Sequence record: OZ262643.1
Reading direction: 5' to 3' (one strand)
Length of the DNA stretch: 32,000 bases
Shown here: piece after piece, positions 23,021 through 32,000 of the stretch
How the letters are laid out: each line of letters opens with the position of its first letter
How positions within the stretch are numbered: the stretch's first letter is position 1
Position numbers and translations under genes: made by a program
Notes under the pieces: model-generated
The model's database searches: none
Told to the model about the DNA's origin: nothing
The model's input: only the letters and a program-made list of their open reading frames with translations

Positions 23021-24607
23021 TTATCTATTTTCAGCATCAACAATAATACACTCAGTAGTTAAAATCATAGAAGCAATAGACGATGCATTTTGTACAGCGG
23101 ATCTTGTAACTTTTGATGGATCAATAATTCCTGCTTCATACATATCGGTAATTAAATCATTATCTACATTATAACCTATTGGAAACTTAGTCTGCTTTAC
23201 TTTTTCAATTACGATAGTGCCATTAATACCTGCATTTTCTACGATTCTCATCATAGGATATAGTAAAGATTTTTGTAAAATTAAAGCACCTGTTAATTCT
23301 TCACCTAATAAGTTTTTAGTTGCCCACAACTCTAGGGCTTTTGACAAGTGTACATAAATAGATCCTCCACCAGGAACTATACCTTCTTCAATTGCTGCTT
23401 TAGTAGCATTAATAGCATCTTCTAACCGGAGTTGTTTATCCTTCATTTCAGTTTCAGTTATTGCTCCAACTTTAATCACCGCAACACCACTAGATAACTT
23501 TGCTAACCTTTCTTGCAACTTTTCTTTCTCATAAGAATTATTAGTAAGCTCAAGTTGTTTACGTAATTGCATACACCTAGATTCTACCAGATGATTATCA
23601 TAATTAGAAATAATAGTTGTAGAATCTTTTGAAACATATATTTTTTTGGCAAATCCCAAATGATCAAGAGATATTTTATCTAATGTTAGTCCTGTTTCTT
23701 CAGTAATTACTTGACCAGATGTTAGAATAGCAATATCTTCCAATAAAGCTTTTCGTCTATCACCAAAACCAGGTGCTCTGACAGCAACAACATCAACTAC
23801 ACCTCTTAATTTATTAACTATCATTGTAGCCAGGGCTTCTTTTTCTACATCTTCCGCTATGACCAGTAAAGCATTACCTGTTTTCGCAACCTGCTCCATG
23901 ATGGGCAATAATTCTTTTTGTATCAAAGTAATTTTCTTATCTGTTAACAATATGTAAGAATTTTCTTGTGTAACTTCCATTTTAGAAGAGTCAGTAACAA
24001 AATAAGGAGACATAAAACCTTTATCAAATTTCATTCCTTGTCTAATTTCTAATTCAGTCTTGGTTGATTTGCCTTCTTCAAGAGAAATAATACCTTCTTT
24101 GCCAACTTGTTCTATCGCTTTTGTAATAATCTCTCCAACTTGACTGTCGTTACCAGCAGAAATTGTAGCTACTTGCATAATGTCTTTTGAACTACTAACA
24201 GGACGAGAATATTGACCTATATTTTTAACAATAAATTTAACTGCTTTATCGATACCCTTTTTGAGTATTATAGGATTAGAACCAGAAACAACATTTTTCA
24301 AACCTTGTTTAACAATTGCATGAGCTAAAACTGTTGCAGTAGTAGTACCATCTCCAGCAACATCATTAGTTTTAGATGCAGCTTGTCTAATTAATGCAAC
24401 ACCAGTATTATGAAGAACACTCTTTAACTCTATTTCTTTAGCAATAGTAACGCCATCATTTATAATTTGAGGTGAGTTCATCTTCTTTTCTAAAACTACA
24501 TTTCTCCCCTTTGGACCCAAAGTAATAGATACAGCCTCTGATAAAATATCCATCCCATACTCTAATGCACTGCGAGCCTTATCATAAAAAAGTATCTTTT
24601 TATTCAT
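23021..24607 (-). CDS. groEL: Chaperonin GroEL (Cpn60)
   Basis: 528 aa. It carries [25 protein letters not shown] and [12 protein letters not shown], with no C-terminal GGM repeat. Confidence 0.96.
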   Translation of the reverse strand: MNKKILFYDKARSALEYGMDILSEAVSITLGPKGRNVVLEKKMNSPQIINDGVTIAKEIELKSVLHNTGVALIRQAASKTNDVAGDGTTTATVLAHAIVKQGLKNVVSGSNPIILKKGIDKAVKFIVKNIGQYSRPVSSSKDIMQVATISAGNDSQVGEIITKAIEQVGKEGIISLEEGKSTKTELEIRQGMKFDKGFMSPYFVTDSSKMEVTQENSYILLTDKKITLIQKELLPIMEQVAKTGNALLVIAEDVEKEALATMIVNKLRGVVDVVAVRAPGFGDRRKALLEDIAILTSGQVITEETGLTLDKISLDHLGFAKKIYVSKDSTTIISNYDNHLVESRCMQLRKQLELTNNSYEKEKLQERLAKLSSGVAVIKVGAITETEMKDKQLRLEDAINATKAAIEEGIVPGGGSIYVHLSKALELWATKNLLGEELTGALILQKSLLYPMMRIVENAGINGTIVIEKVKQTKFPIGYNVDNDLITDMYEAGIIDPSKVTRSAVQNASSIASMILTTECIIVDAENR

Positions 24608-24720
24608 AAAAATTGACTAATATAAATTTTTTACAATATAGAATATAAATATATTCTAAAAATATCAATAAGAATAGCAGTTAATAATATATAATGCTAT
24701 GATTATAGTAGTATACTCAC

Positions 24721-24794
24721 GGGCTTGTAGCTCAGTGGATTAGAGCACGTGGCTACGAACCACGGTGTCGGGGGTTCGAGTCCCTCCTTGCCCA
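24721..24794 (+). tRNA. trnR: tRNA-Arg (ACG)
   Basis: gggcttgtagctcagtggattagagcacgtggctACGaaccacggtgtcgggggttcgagtccctccttgccca has good D, anticodon and T arms. Acceptor pairs 5:68 and 6:67 are U-U. Confidence 0.85.
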
Positions 24795-24860
24795 ATTGAA
24801 ACTTAGAAAGAGTCCTGTAACATAGTGATATAAACAAACCAAAACTAGACACATAACAAA

Positions 24861-26123
24861 ATGGAACCGCTAAGAGGAACAAAAGATATCCTACCTGATG
24901 AAATAAGGTATTGGCAGAAAATCTATGAAATAGTTACAGAAATTTTGACTCAAAATAACTATAACGAAATTAGGACACCTATTATAGAGAATACAGAACT
25001 ATTTTTAAGAAGTATTGGGAACTATACAGATATCATAAACAAAGAAATGTATAATTTCCATGATCAATCAGATAGAAATATTACATTAAGACCAGAAGGC
25101 ACTGCTAGTATAGCAAGGTCATTCATAAGCAATAAATTATATTTAGGAAATAAAATTCAAAGATTGTGGTATCTAGGACCCATGTTTAGATATGAAAGGC
25201 CACAAAAAGGTCGACAAAGACAATTTCACCAATTAGGAATAGAATGTATAGGAAGCTCTATGCCAATTGCTGAAATAGAAGTTATAAGAATTGCATTAAA
25301 AATACTAAATAAACTAAACGTAGAAAAATGGACCTTAGAAATAAATTCAATAGGAAATACAGAAGAGAGATTACAATATGCGGATAGTCTAAAATTATAT
25401 TTAGATCAATATAAGAGTGATTTAGATGAAAACTCACAAAAAAGACTCAAAGATAATCCATTAAGAATTTTAGACAGTAAGAATCATAAAACTCAAGAAA
25501 TTCTGAATAACGGCCCTAAAATTAATCAATACTTAAAAACAACATCTCTTAAACATTTCGAAGAAGTATGTGGCTACTTAAATCAACTTAATATAACTTA
25601 TAATATTAATGATAAGCTGATTAGAGGACTAGATTATTATAATTATACTGCATTCGAAATTCAAACATTAAGTCAAAATCAGCAGAATACAATATGCGGA
25701 GGTGGAAGATATGATGAACTTATTAAGCAACTAGGTGGTCCAAACACACCATCTGTAGGATGGGCAATTGGATTAGAAAGACTAATCATAAATATGGAAC
25801 AAAAATTATCGATACAAAAAAGTAAAAAAATCATATATATAGCCCATGCTAATACGAATAAATCCGATATAATATGGAAAATAATTAACCTCATAGATAC
25901 ATATCAATTAAGTTTTGAGCTTGATATAAGTAACAGCAACTTAAATAAACAACTTAAAAAAGCTAATCAACTAGGCTCTAAAATATGTTTCATACTAAGT
26001 AATAACGAAATAATTCACAAGTACGTTACAATTAAATGGCTTGATACAAGTACGCAGCAACAAATACCATTAGACCAACTAAATAGCTATATCAAATATA
26101 TAAAATTTTCTTTAAAAACTTGA
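24861..26123 (+). CDS. hisS: Histidyl-tRNA synthetase
   Basis: 420 aa. Class II motifs are present: PLRGTKD N-terminus, LRPEGTAS, FRYERPQKGRQRQFHQLGIE, GGGRYD and GWAIGLERL. Confidence 0.9.
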   Translation: MEPLRGTKDILPDEIRYWQKIYEIVTEILTQNNYNEIRTPIIENTELFLRSIGNYTDIINKEMYNFHDQSDRNITLRPEGTASIARSFISNKLYLGNKIQRLWYLGPMFRYERPQKGRQRQFHQLGIECIGSSMPIAEIEVIRIALKILNKLNVEKWTLEINSIGNTEERLQYADSLKLYLDQYKSDLDENSQKRLKDNPLRILDSKNHKTQEILNNGPKINQYLKTTSLKHFEEVCGYLNQLNITYNINDKLIRGLDYYNYTAFEIQTLSQNQQNTICGGGRYDELIKQLGGPNTPSVGWAIGLERLIINMEQKLSIQKSKKIIYIAHANTNKSDIIWKIINLIDTYQLSFELDISNSNLNKQLKKANQLGSKICFILSNNEIIHKYVTIKWLDTSTQQQIPLDQLNSYIKYIKFSLKT

Positions 26124-26162
26124 CATCTAGTGACTTTTTGTGGTTAAAATGGTGTCAACATA

Positions 26163-26234
26163 TGGGGTGTAGCCAAGTGGTAAGGCAGCGGACTTTGACT
26201 CCGCCATTCGCAGGTTCGAATCCTCCTACCCCAA
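26163..26234 (+). tRNA. trnQ: tRNA-Gln (UUG)
   Basis: tggggtgtagccaagtggtaaggcagcggactTTGactccgccattcgcaggttcgaatcctcctaccccaa has acceptor tggggtg/tacccca. There is one C-C mismatch in the T stem. Confidence 0.85.
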
Positions 26235-26308
26235 ATACCAATTATTAAATATATGTCAAAACATCATTATAAATAATAAATAAATTAAAAAATGTATAAA
26301 CATTCACA

Positions 26309-26337
26309 TTGTGAAGTTTACATGAAGTATGTATAAT
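26309..26337 (+). promoter_or_regulatory. Candidate PEP promoter for psb28
   Basis: TTGTGA (26309-26314), a 17-nt spacer, then TATAAT (26332-26337). The -10 element ends 36 nt before the ATG, and AAGGA lies upstream of the start. It is a motif match only. Confidence 0.35.
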
Positions 26338-26373
26338 TAATTAAAAGATTAAATAAATAATTAAGGATAAACA

Positions 26374-26715
26374 ATGGCAGTTATTCAATTCATTGACGGT
26401 ATCAATGAAACAGTAATTCCCAATATTAAGTTAACGAGATCTCGTGACGGGAGTACAGGTACTGCAACTTTTAGATTTAATAATCCAGATATAATAAAAC
26501 CAGAAATGCAAGAAAAGGGAGAAATTAGGGGAATGTATTTGATTGACGAGGAAGGCAAATTGACAACAACTGATGTTAATGCAAAATTTATTAATGGAAA
26601 ACCACAAGGTATCGAATGCATGTACATCATTAAAAGTCCATCAGAATGGGATAGGTTTATGAGATTCATGGAAAGATATGCGAGTAACAACAATTTATCA
26701 TTTACAAAAGCATAA
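26374..26715 (+). CDS. psb28: Photosystem II assembly protein Psb28 (ycf79)
   Basis: [38 protein letters not shown]... matches the Psb28 pattern (IQF..G..E.V.P.I.LTRS.DG.TGTA.F.F). Confidence 0.88.
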   Translation: MAVIQFIDGINETVIPNIKLTRSRDGSTGTATFRFNNPDIIKPEMQEKGEIRGMYLIDEEGKLTTTDVNAKFINGKPQGIECMYIIKSPSEWDRFMRFMERYASNNNLSFTKA

Positions 26716-26748
26716 AAGTATTTACTGAAAAAATAATATAAATAAGCA

Positions 26749-28698
26749 ATGAAGTTTTCATGGAAATTAATTAATCATTTTATTGAGCTACAAAATATAT
26801 CTCTAAATAAGTTGGCAGAGCACTTAACATTATCAGGGATAGAAGTTGAAGAGATAAAATATATTAAAGAAATACAGGATCATATTTTAGACTTAAGTTT
26901 AACAACAAATAGGAAAGAAATATGTTCAATATTAAGCTTAGCTGAAGAAATAAGCATTATGCTAAATAAACCGTTAAACATATTACCAATCTACTGTTTT
27001 AATAAAACAATAAAGGAACAAAAAATTCAGTTAGATTATAATAATGTTATATATACTAGCATCAGCAAAGTCAATAATGTTACCATACAAACAAAACCAA
27101 AATGGCTAGGCCGTTATTTAGAGATACATAACATAAACACTATTAATCCAATAAATAGTGTAAAACAATATATACAAATTAAATGGGGACTACATTTTCA
27201 TATTCTAGATGACAATCAATTAACAGATATTAACAGCGTCTTCAAAAATAATATAGATATATCACAAATTGATTTAATTAAGCTAAGAAGTAGCACAAAA
27301 AAAAATACATTTATTATATTCACATCCAATAACACTATAAATAGGATAACAAACAAGAATTATAAAAATTATTACTGGAATGCGTATCTTGATGCAATGA
27401 AACTAATTAGTACAATAACTGGATGTACGCACGGGAAATCATATCACCAATACAAAGTAGTAAAAGCATCTTTTAATGAGATAAACATAAATAAAAAGGA
27501 CATTGATACAATTTTAGGCAGAACTAAGGATCGAAAGTTAAAATATTTATCTAGCAAAAATATCATATTCATACTAAAGCAACTAACTTTATTCCAAAAC
27601 TACAACAAGTTTCTACAAACATTTACAGTAAAAATTCCAGACAATAGACAGCATGATTTACATAGAAAAATAGACATCATAGAAGAAGTTGGAAGAATAA
27701 ACGGATTTTATAATTTTTTTGACAAACTACCTTTAAATACATATAGGAAAGGTCATGCTTCCAATCTTTCAATAAAAATAAAAAACATACGAAATACACT
27801 ACGTCAATTAGGTTTCAATGAAGTAATCAATACTTGTCTAATTAGTAATTATTATAAATACAATATTAAAACAATAAAATTATATAATCCCATTATCCAA
27901 GAACAGAATGAGCTAAGAAATAGCATAACACAAAATTTAATTAGAAACTATCAAAATAATATCAAACAAAATAATAACAACTTACAAATATTCGAAATAG
28001 GTAAAACATTCCAAAAACAGCATAAAAATCTCTACATAGAAAATATTACGCTAGGAGGACTTATACACAATGATCAATTTATAAGAAATAACTGGTCAGA
28101 TACGCCTAAATATGCAAATTTTTTTCATATCAAGGGAATAATAGAGACACTTGCCGAACAGTTAAATGCACAAATAACACTAGAAAAAATCCGTAGAAAT
28201 CAAAATACACAATTAATACAAACAGTATTTCACCCAACCCAAAAAATTGGTATATACAATAGAAAAAATCAAGAATTATTAGGAATTTTAGGAGAGATTA
28301 ATCCACTTTATAGCAAAGAATTATATAACAAGCAATACAAAATATATATATTTGAAATTAATATAGAAAGATTGTATGACAATATTCAAACGAATAATCA
28401 CTTATCTTATATATCAAAATGCTATTCAAATTATCCAAGTGTTACAAGAGATATATCAATAAAAATAAAAAAAGATATAGAAATCAGGCAAATAAAAGAG
28501 TTCTTTTCAAAACAGCAGAATTCACTGATAGAAAATATAAAAATATCTAACGAATATCTTAATAAAGAAGATAAGTATAAATCGATAACAATAAGAGTAA
28601 CATATAGATCTCATAATAGAACATTAAATAAATACGATATACAAATAATAGACGAAGAAATTAATAAAATATTGTGGCATTTTGAAAGTAAGACATAA
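26749..28698 (+). CDS. pheT: Phenylalanyl-tRNA synthetase beta subunit (syfB), shortened and divergent
   Basis: The N-terminus MKFSWKLINHFIEL......L...LTLSGIEVEEI is the B1 domain. It is followed by LDLSLTTNRKEICSILSLAEE (B3/4 entry), FEIGK.F, and a C-terminal YPSVTRDISI... FDX-ACB-like domain. At 649 aa it is shorter than the roughly 795 aa of bacterial PheT. Confidence 0.8.
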   Translation: MKFSWKLINHFIELQNISLNKLAEHLTLSGIEVEEIKYIKEIQDHILDLSLTTNRKEICSILSLAEEISIMLNKPLNILPIYCFNKTIKEQKIQLDYNNVIYTSISKVNNVTIQTKPKWLGRYLEIHNINTINPINSVKQYIQIKWGLHFHILDDNQLTDINSVFKNNIDISQIDLIKLRSSTKKNTFIIFTSNNTINRITNKNYKNYYWNAYLDAMKLISTITGCTHGKSYHQYKVVKASFNEININKKDIDTILGRTKDRKLKYLSSKNIIFILKQLTLFQNYNKFLQTFTVKIPDNRQHDLHRKIDIIEEVGRINGFYNFFDKLPLNTYRKGHASNLSIKIKNIRNTLRQLGFNEVINTCLISNYYKYNIKTIKLYNPIIQEQNELRNSITQNLIRNYQNNIKQNNNNLQIFEIGKTFQKQHKNLYIENITLGGLIHNDQFIRNNWSDTPKYANFFHIKGIIETLAEQLNAQITLEKIRRNQNTQLIQTVFHPTQKIGIYNRKNQELLGILGEINPLYSKELYNKQYKIYIFEINIERLYDNIQTNNHLSYISKCYSNYPSVTRDISIKIKKDIEIRQIKEFFSKQQNSLIENIKISNEYLNKEDKYKSITIRVTYRSHNRTLNKYDIQIIDEEINKILWHFESKT

Positions 28699-29086
28699 GC
28701 CGGGTTTTGTTCTTTATCTAAGAATATAGAGTGATAAATGAACTATATTAAAAGGGTAATTATTAATCTTAAGTAAAAAATCTACTTTGCGCAGTATAAT
28801 AATCGGTTGCACATAATGTAATATATCAAATAAGCTTATAAATCTGTATTTATAAATATCACTGATTACTTTGCTCTACAACGGGGTTTACCTAGCAAAT
28901 ACTTTAACAATATTTCTGGTACGCTCTTAACGAACCATTGCACCCTTACCTAAAAAAAGGCGGTATATTTCTGTGGCACTATCCTCATAGTTTCCTACAT
29001 TACATATTATGAAACAAATTTGTTATAAATAGAGCCCGGACTTTCCTCAAACTTGTTAAAAGTCTGCAATTACCTTCGCTTACTGA
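28686..29086 (-). ncRNA. rnpB: RNase P RNA (bacterial/cyanobacterial type A)
   Basis: The minus strand carries four conserved elements. The P4 5' strand GAGGAAAGTCCGGGCTC is at 29048-29032. ACAGAAATATACCGCC is at 28974-28959. GGGTGCAA...TAAGAGCGTACC and GGTAAACCCC...GAGCAAAG follow. The P4 3' strand ACAAAACCCGGCTTAT is at 28710-28695. A P1 candidate pairs AGTAAG (29084-29079) with CTTACT (28692-28687). The ends are approximate. Confidence 0.88.
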
Positions 29087-29146
29087 TAACAATAATATAA
29101 TAAAAAGTACGATAAAGACCATAAATATACAAACCTTATTTCAAAT

Positions 29147-29932
29147 ATGAGTAACATTAAAAGAAAAAAAAATGCATTTGCCGATATTTTACAAAGATAT
29201 AGATATGTCATTAACAATGGCGATATAATCGCAGGAACTATTATACAGAAGGAGTCAGCTGGCTTTTTGGTTAATATAGGAACAACAATTGCTGGCTATT
29301 TACCAAAAGAAGAGATTAAGCTTAAATCAATTACTTCTATCCAAGACCAAATGCTTCTAATACACCATACAAGAGAATTTTTTTTAATTACACAAAATAA
29401 TAACAATCAGCAACCCATATTATCTATCAAAAGAATTGAGTATATCAGAGCATGGAAAAGAATAAAACAAACATACATGGAAGATGCAATACTTAATGTA
29501 AAAATAGAATATCCGAATAGAGGAGGTTTAGTAATATACTTAGAAAATATACAAGGTTTTATACCACAATCAGAAGTACCAATAAAATTAAAAAAAAATA
29601 CGGTCAATTATTATATATCTTGTAAAATAATTAATATTAATGATCAAAGAAACCAACTAATTTTAAGTAATAAAAGTACATTAATTATTTTATCAAAACA
29701 TAATTTTAAACTAGGTGAAATATTGTATGGTCAAATTAAGCAGATCAAATCTTATGGGTTATTTTTAGATCTATATGGTATTAAAGCACTATTACACATA
29801 TCTGAAACACAATATGCACTTAAAAAAGATATAGCAACTTCACTTTGTAAAGGAGATATAATTAAAGTTAAAATAATACATATTAACATTAACAGAGGGC
29901 AATTATCAGTATCAAGGAGAAACTTAAAATAA
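29147..29932 (+). CDS. rps1: Ribosomal protein S1 (three S1/OB repeats)
   Basis: 261 aa. It has repeated S1-domain patterns (GDIIAGTI...GFLVNIG...GYLPKEE; GGLVIYLENIQGFIPQSE; GEILYGQIKQIKSYGLFLDLYGIKALLHISE...GDIIKVKII). Confidence 0.85.
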   Translation: MSNIKRKKNAFADILQRYRYVINNGDIIAGTIIQKESAGFLVNIGTTIAGYLPKEEIKLKSITSIQDQMLLIHHTREFFLITQNNNNQQPILSIKRIEYIRAWKRIKQTYMEDAILNVKIEYPNRGGLVIYLENIQGFIPQSEVPIKLKKNTVNYYISCKIININDQRNQLILSNKSTLIILSKHNFKLGEILYGQIKQIKSYGLFLDLYGIKALLHISETQYALKKDIATSLCKGDIIKVKIIHININRGQLSVSRRNLK

Positions 29933-29946
29933 AATTAGAATAAAAC

Positions 29947-30159
29947 TTAACCACCACCAACGATTGTAATAAATTCAATAGCATCATTCGGCTGAAAAAA
30001 CAAAGAATCGAAATGCTTTCTTTCTAAAATTTGATTATTATACTCAATTACTATACTATCTATATTGATATTTAAATATAAAAGTATATCTGTTAAAGAC
30101 ATAGAAGAATCACAATGAAATGGTTCACCATTAATAAAAATAGTTAGGTAATTATGCAT
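29947..30159 (-). CDS. thiS: Sulfur-carrier protein ThiS (ycf40)
   Basis: 70 aa with a ubiquitin-like fold pattern. I.INGEP is near the N-terminus, followed by L..LL, V.EYN..I..R, L...D.IE. The C-terminus ends in GG(G). Confidence 0.8.
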   Translation of the reverse strand: MHNYLTIFINGEPFHCDSSMSLTDILLYLNINIDSIVIEYNNQILERKHFDSLFFQPNDAIEFITIVGGG

Positions 30160-30228
30160 AATAACGAAAATAAAAATTTAAAGTAGACTGAAAAGGTAAA
30201 AAATACTATAATATATTTTAACAACCAT

Positions 30229-30302
30229 GGCGGATGTAGCCAAGAGGTTACGGCAATGGATTGTGGCTCCATCATACGCGGGTTCGAATCCCGTCATTCG
30301 CC
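30229..30302 (+). tRNA. trnH: tRNA-His (GUG) with genome-encoded G-1
   Basis: g-gcggatgtagccaagaggttacggcaatggattGTGgctccatcatacgcgggttcgaatcccgtcattcgcc-c. The extra 5' G pairs with discriminator C73, the hallmark of bacterial and plastid tRNA-His. Confidence 0.9.
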
Positions 30303-30309
30303 CTTTGAT

Positions 30310-30939
30310 TTAGACTAAATATGTAACTGATCGAATTAACTCCACACGATTACGCGTATTAGTTTTATATAACAAACGACTGACGTACTTTTCAACATTT
30401 CTTAAACTAACATTCAAGTTAACAGCTATCTCTTTATTCATATATCCTCTCATGACTAATTTTAAAATATGTTTTTCTCTAATAGTAAAAGATTTTAACA
30501 AATTTGAATTAACCAGAGTTTTATTCATTCTACTTCTAAATTTTTTATTATTTTTAATTATATTAATATTAGTAAAAATATTATTAATAATAGCTAATAA
30601 TTCTTCTGGATTAAAAGGTTTAGTTAAATAGGCAAAACAACCTAAGGTATAGCCCTTAATACGATCTGAAGTCATGCCTTTTGCAGTTAAAAAAATGAAC
30701 GGTAGGTGTACTAAATTGTTATCTAATTTTAGTAATTTAATAAAATCGTAACCGTTTAAGTCCTTGATCATCACATCGGAAATAATTAAATCAGGACAAT
30801 CATAATTGATAAATGCTAAAGCATTAGGAATAGTATATGCAGCATCCACCAAAAAACCCTGCGTAATTAAATACTTAGACAATAAATTAATAAGATTACG
30901 ATCATCATCAACTAACAAAATTTTCTTTAATTTTTTCAT
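30310..30939 (-). CDS. ycf29: NarL/LuxR-family response regulator Ycf29
   Basis: The receiver domain has DD (LLVDDD), D (LIISDVMI), T (FLTAKG) and K (YLTKPF). The C-terminal LuxR-type HTH reads FTIREKHILKLVMRGYMNKEIAVNLNVSLRNVEKYVSRLLYKT. Confidence 0.88.
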   Translation of the reverse strand: MKKLKKILLVDDDRNLINLLSKYLITQGFLVDAAYTIPNALAFINYDCPDLIISDVMIKDLNGYDFIKLLKLDNNLVHLPFIFLTAKGMTSDRIKGYTLGCFAYLTKPFNPEELLAIINNIFTNINIIKNNKKFRSRMNKTLVNSNLLKSFTIREKHILKLVMRGYMNKEIAVNLNVSLRNVEKYVSRLLYKTNTRNRVELIRSVTYLV

Positions 30940-30995
30940 TGTTCAATTTTATTATAATATAATAACAAATAAGTATCAAAACTTTTAAAGTAAAT

Positions 30996-31613
30996 ATGAC
31001 ATGGATCAACTCATTAAACACTCACAAAGTTCCATATTACATATATAAGCTGAACAAAAATGATTCAACTATTATATGTAATGAGTATCAACATCAAAGT
31101 CAATTCATTATTGTGTTACATGGTAGTATATACATATTAAAAAATTTTGGAAACAGACAAATAATGCCTATAGTAATTTTAAGTAAAAACAGCATATTTA
31201 GTCCTAATTATCTCAACAGTCAATTCTACTATCAATTTATAGCTTTAGAAACAACATATATAATCATGATGAACAATACTACTATTAAACAACTAGATGT
31301 ACAATTGATGTTCAGTATAATTAAAAGTTATCAAAAAACTTTAAGCGCATATGAAATAATGAATGAAGCAATGAATCAAAAATATACCAAGAATAAAGTA
31401 ATACAAATAATTTTATTAATGTTTTTTCAATTTGGAATAATAAATAAAGAACAAATACAATTACCATTTAAAATTTCACAAAAAGAGTTAGCTATTATTA
31501 CAGGTACTAATAGATCAACTTTAAACAAAATTATAAAAGAAATAGCTAATATTAAATATTCTAGAAAAAAATTAATACAAATTAATAATATATTTAACTT
31601 AACGCAAAAATAA
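30996..31613 (+). CDS. ntcA: CRP/FNR-family regulator, NtcA-like (ycf28)
   Basis: 205 aa. The N-terminal part is beta-roll-like (FIIVLHGSIYILK). The C-terminal HTH reads ISQKELAIITGTNRSTLNKIIKEI. Size and architecture are as in plastid ntcA/ycf28, but the effector domain is strongly diverged. Confidence 0.7.
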   Translation: MTWINSLNTHKVPYYIYKLNKNDSTIICNEYQHQSQFIIVLHGSIYILKNFGNRQIMPIVILSKNSIFSPNYLNSQFYYQFIALETTYIIMMNNTTIKQLDVQLMFSIIKSYQKTLSAYEIMNEAMNQKYTKNKVIQIILLMFFQFGIINKEQIQLPFKISQKELAIITGTNRSTLNKIIKEIANIKYSRKKLIQINNIFNLTQK

Positions 31614-31710
31614 TATAAATGTTATAATACATAAAAGATCTCAATAGAACTGATGGATAATAAGAGAAGCTTAAACGCAATAACAATAAAAAAATTATCA
31701 TAACATAAAA

Positions 31711-32000
31711 ATGGGTAAAGTATACGATTGGTTTGAAGAAAGATTAGAAATTCAATCTATAGCAGATGACATATCAAGCAAGTATGTGCCTCCGCATGTA
31801 AATATTTTTTATTGCATAGGTGGTATCGTATTTACTTCTTTTTTAATACAGGTAGCTAGTGGATTTGCTATGACTTTTTACTACAGGCCAACAGTTGCTG
31901 AAGCATTTTCATCTGTACAATATATTATGACTGAAGTAAACTTTGGTTGGCTAATTCGATCGATTCACAGATGGTCTGCCAGTATGATGGTTCTCATGTT
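31711..32000 (+). CDS. petB: Cytochrome b6, 5' part (runs off the window)
   Basis: [96 protein letters not shown] is canonical cytochrome b6. Reading is contiguous from the ATG, so there is no 5' intron. Confidence 0.96.
   Translation, partial: MGKVYDWFEERLEIQSIADDISSKYVPPHVNIFYCIGGIVFTSFLIQVASGFAMTFYYRPTVAEAFSSVQYIMTEVNFGWLIRSIHRWSASMMVLM

Noticed and set aside
24721-24794. Two U-U mismatches (5:68, 6:67) in the acceptor stem of tRNA-Arg(ACG), a possible pseudogene or editing target
   Set aside because: All other arms, the anticodon loop and the T loop are canonical. My recollection is that plastid trnR-ACG sequences in other lineages also show imperfect pairing at these positions, so this is probably a conserved quirk. 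I cannot verify that without an alignment.
25679-30988. Antisense ORFs in hisS (25679-25894), psb28 (26385-26693), rps1 (29407-29607) and ycf29 (30806-30988)
   Set aside because: Each overlaps a confidently identified gene on the opposite strand, is short, and has no motifs.
30940-30995. Looked for a canonical NtcA box (GTA-N8-TAC) in the ycf29-ntcA spacer and upstream of petB
   Set aside because: None is present. Only partial half-sites (GTATCAAAACTTT) occur, which are expected by chance in AT-rich DNA.

Overview
This window is an AT-rich plastid genome segment of red-algal (Rhodophyta) type. The call rests on gene content: an allophycocyanin gene (apcD) together with carA, fabH, accD, upp-like, hisS (syh), pheT (syfB), thiS, rnpB, and the regulators ycf27, ycf29 and ntcA/ycf28. 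The window is densely packed with about 36 protein genes. These cover photosystem II (psbD/psbC overlapping, psbV, psbX, psb28), photosystem I (psaF-psaJ), electron transfer (petJ, start of petB), fatty-acid and carbamoyl-phosphate synthesis, chlorophyll auxiliary factors (ycf53/GUN4-like, ycf54), translation (rps1, rps16, ycf65/PSRP3) and groEL. There is one complete minus-strand rRNA operon (16S-trnI(GAU)-trnA(UGC)-23S-5S), whose GC content stands out from the surrounding sequence. Four other tRNAs are present (Pro-UGG, Arg-ACG, Gln-UUG, His-GUG). An RNase P RNA gene (rnpB) lies hidden in the pheT-rps1 'spacer'. Two small genes missed by the ORF track were recovered by hand translation: psaJ and psbX. 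I see no CRISPR array, transposase, integrase, phage or defence-system signature, and no convincing sign of a wholly new system. This is conserved organellar core sequence. The points worth a second look are modest. They are: a UPRT-like ORF that has lost its PRPP-binding loop and C-terminus; a PheRS beta subunit lacking the OB tRNA-binding domain; rnpB overlapping the pheT stop codon; three unassigned ORFs that stay open despite the high stop-codon frequency expected in AT-rich DNA; a cluster of forced non-ATG starts; a triplicated motif in the rRNA leader; and a divergent ycf29/ntcA regulator pair. All identifications come from reading the translations and RNA motifs against remembered family sequences. 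No database search was run.
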